NCBI RefSeq assembly: GCF_009914755.1
Contig: NC_060930.1
Length of the DNA stretch: 64,000 nucleotides
From: the human T2T-CHM13v2.0 reference genome, Homo sapiens
Reading direction: 5' to 3' (one strand)
In this document: positions 60,351-64,000 of the stretch, piece after piece
Layout of the letters: each line of letters starts with the position of its first letter
How positions within the stretch are numbered: the stretch's first letter is position 1
The notes under the pieces: model-generated
What the model was told of the DNA's origin: nothing
The model's input: only the letters and a program-made list of their open reading frames with translations
Database searches by the model: none
Made by a program: the position numbers and the translations under genes

Positions 60351-60723
60351 TGATATGGTTTGGCTGTGTCCCCCCCCAAATCTCATCTTGAATTGTAGTT
60401 CCCATAATCCCCATGTGTCTTGGGAGGGACCCAATGGGAGGTAATTGAATCATGGGGGTGGTTACCCCCATGTTGCTGTTCTCATGATAGTGAGTTCTCA
60501 TGAGATCTGACAGTTTTATAATGGACTTTTCCCGCTTTGGCTCATACTTCTCCTTCCTGCCACCATATGAAGAAGGATGTATTTGCTTCCCCTTCTGCCA
60601 TGATTGTAAATTTCCTGAGGCCTCCCCAGCCCTGCAGAATTGTGAGTCAATTCAACCTCTCTCCTTTATAAATTACCCAGTCTTGGGTCTGTCCTTATAA
60701 CATCGTGAGAATGAACTAATACA
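60351..60723 (+). mobile_element. THE1C-like (MaLR) solo LTR
   Basis: tgatatggtttggctgtgtcccccccaaatctc ... gaactaataca; TSD ccac(t/a). Confidence 0.88.
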
Positions 60724-60770
60724 CCACAAAACAGGGCAAATGGGGGACCATGATCAGGAATTTAGGTTCT

Positions 60771-61196
60771 AAAAAGAAAGGAGATGAGAGGGGAGGGGAG
60801 GAGAGGAGAGGGGAAAGGGAGGGGAGGAGAGGGGAGAGGAGGGGAGGGCAAGGGGAAGAGGAAGGCAGAGAGAGAGGGGAGGGGAAGGGGGAGGGGGAGG
60901 AGAGGGGAAGGGGTTGGGGAAGGGACGGGTAGGGAGAGAGGGAGGGGAGAGGAGGGGAAGGGAAGGGGGAAGGGAGGAGAGGGGAGGGGAAGGCAGGGAA
61001 GGGAAAGGAAAGGATAAGAAAGGACAGGAAAGGACAGGACAGGACAGGACAGGAAAGGAAAGGAAAGGAAAGGAAAGGAAAGGAAAGGAAAGGAAAGGAA
61101 AGGAAAGGAAAGGAAAGGACAGGACAGGACAGGAAAGGAAAGGAAAGGAAAGGAAAGGAAAAGAAGAGAAAGGAAGGGAAAAAGGAAAGGAAAGAA
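60771..61196 (+). repeat. ~420-bp polypurine tract: G-rich half plus (AGGAA/AGGAC)28 pentanucleotide array (61021-61160)
   Basis: Direct reading. Confidence 0.95.
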
Positions 61197-62231
61197 TCAA
61201 GTAAAACAGATAGATACCTATTCTGAGGGGAACAGCAGATTAAGAAAACAGGCAATTCATGACCTACTCACCTACTCTTGGGCATCTCTTGAACTAGATA
61301 ACCTTGTAATCAATGCTAAATATGCTACACTCAGCAGCTGATGCTTCAGAGCTCAGACCACATAGCATTAACGATCCCTGAAGGATTAAAGAAACATTTC
61401 TAGGCACAATGGTTATCACTCTGTTAAATGGAGGATGCTGGCCACGAAAAAACAGTCACCATTACAAAACAGAGATCAATGGTCTTGGATCAGGAAATAA
61501 TTGAGGAAATACACATTTTCTCTTACTGAATATTATTTCTCTATCATTATCTTTTTCCAACCTTCATTAATAATGGTCACAAACAAATGAAGGATCTATT
61601 CTGCCAAAAAGTGTTTTAAAAGGAAAAGATACCCTCTATGCCTCTAAATTTTCCTCTGAAAGAAGAGTCGATACATAAAATAGATAGTCTCAGACGGAAA
61701 AAAAATAATTATATTGTGGCAGTAATTATTTTATGGTTATAATAGATTCATCTTCTATTGTGTGTGGAGAAAATAAAATTATATAAACATTGTTTCTGCA
61801 TACTTAATGCCTAAAAACCTACTACCTGGTATTTGCATTAGTTATAATATACACTCTCATCTGCAGCATTTTGCAGCTTATGTAGATATTCCTGATCATT
61901 CTCCTAGACCACCTTCCAGAAATGAGACAGTTCACATGAAAGGCTAAGTGTTCTGCTGAAATGTAAAACTGGCTGTTCCTGCTGGGAGAGTGCAAGGCCA
62001 AGTCAGTGACAATAGACCCTAACATGCAGGAAGCTACTTAATTCTTCAGGGAGGCTCCCACTTCTAGCATTGGGCTATTCCTTACTGTTAGCCCATTGTC
62101 TTCTTATGTTCTGAGAGGGGTAACCAAAATCATTGACAAGGGGGCTTTGATATACAGAAACTGTGATTTCACTAACAACAACAACAATAACAAATAACAC
62201 AGAATGCTTCCATGTGGTTGGCTATATATAC

Positions 62232-62773
<542 letters not shown>

Positions 62774-63676
62774 TTCTATTATTTCTTAATAAAGTCAAAG
62801 AAAAGGAAGTAAGCTCTTTTTACTGTATACGTTAAATGACCCAGGTTATCCTTTAATAGTCAAGTTGCAAACTACTTTATTTACCAATCTAAATTCTGAC
62901 TTGTCTCAAAAAGGTGGTGAGCAATCTCATAAAATATTAAAAATTTGATAAAAATAATCAGGAGAAGAAATGAAGACCAAGGGAAGATAAGAGCTGTAAA
63001 ATAAAATAAACTCTGGCTAAGACTCGTTTACAAAACAAATGCCTTGTAGTTCCATATAGTTGGTGGAGCTGGATTATGATTTTGGCTCTGAGGATCCTAG
63101 CTGCCGAAGTGAAAGAGTAAACACAACCAGGGACAAGACTCGCAGAGCCTACTGGATAAAAACACATAATCTGCTCAGCAGAAGCACAATTCTCCCTAGG
63201 AAAAGACAGCAGATGAATTTCCGTGGGGAATCTTATTCAAATAAATGCTATTAAATGGAGCAGATTACATTATTAGTAGCAGCTTATATAAAAAAATAAC
63301 AAGAGAGTGTTTCATAGGGTTGTCCTTATGAGGACAAGTCAATGACCTAGTGCCAAAGTGTAGTTTAATAAAGTGTAGCTACAGTATATACTTTTCCTTT
63401 CATGTGGCTAGAGCTCAAAGAATAGTCTTCCTCTAGAAAAATGGGTAGATTCTGTATTCTACAGTCGATTCTCAATATTTTCAAGTGCTAAAGAAGAAAT
63501 TGAAAGCACAAGCTCAAAGTTATTTATTCTGACAAGAAACAGAAGCATAGATATTTTGTCATAGATTTTGATTAAAGAAACTTTGCCAGGACATTTGTCT
63601 TAATGGATGGCCATCCCTGTCCATGGAGGCATGCTGTGGTGGGAGGGTCAGAGAAAAGGCCAAAGGCTATCCTCTA

Positions 63677-63999
<323 letters not shown>

Positions 64000-64000
64000 G

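Noticed and set aside
60716-61255. Pro/Ser/Phe-rich and Gly/Arg/Glu-rich ORFs
   Set aside because: Artefacts of a low-complexity purine repeat lacking stop codons

Overview
Human (primate) genomic DNA lying entirely inside the SYNE1 (nesprin-1) gene, which is transcribed from the minus strand. I reconstructed 30 consecutive coding exons with canonical AG/GT boundaries. They splice into one uninterrupted spectrin-repeat reading frame ([10 protein letters not shown]...EAMTEKL) and include a 2,161-nt giant exon. By recalled numbering these are about exons 59-88, aa ~3109-5590 of the 8797-aa isoform; numbering is inferred and may be off by one. Introns hold about 35 Alus, MER41 and THE1 solo LTRs, MER1B/MER20/MER58/MER6/MADE1 DNA transposons, L2 relics and purine-rich STRs. 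No prokaryotic system, CRISPR array or structural RNA gene is evident, and I found no clearly new biological system. The notable signals are RNA-level: intronic read-through terminal exons with poly(A) signals (exons 62, 87), an internal start Met (exon 86), a cassette exon with an RBFOX-motif cluster (exon 72), a 42-bp fold-back hairpin inside one Alu, inverted Alus bracketing the giant exon, and an (AAAGG)n/(ACAGG)n repeat resembling the RFC1 ataxia locus.
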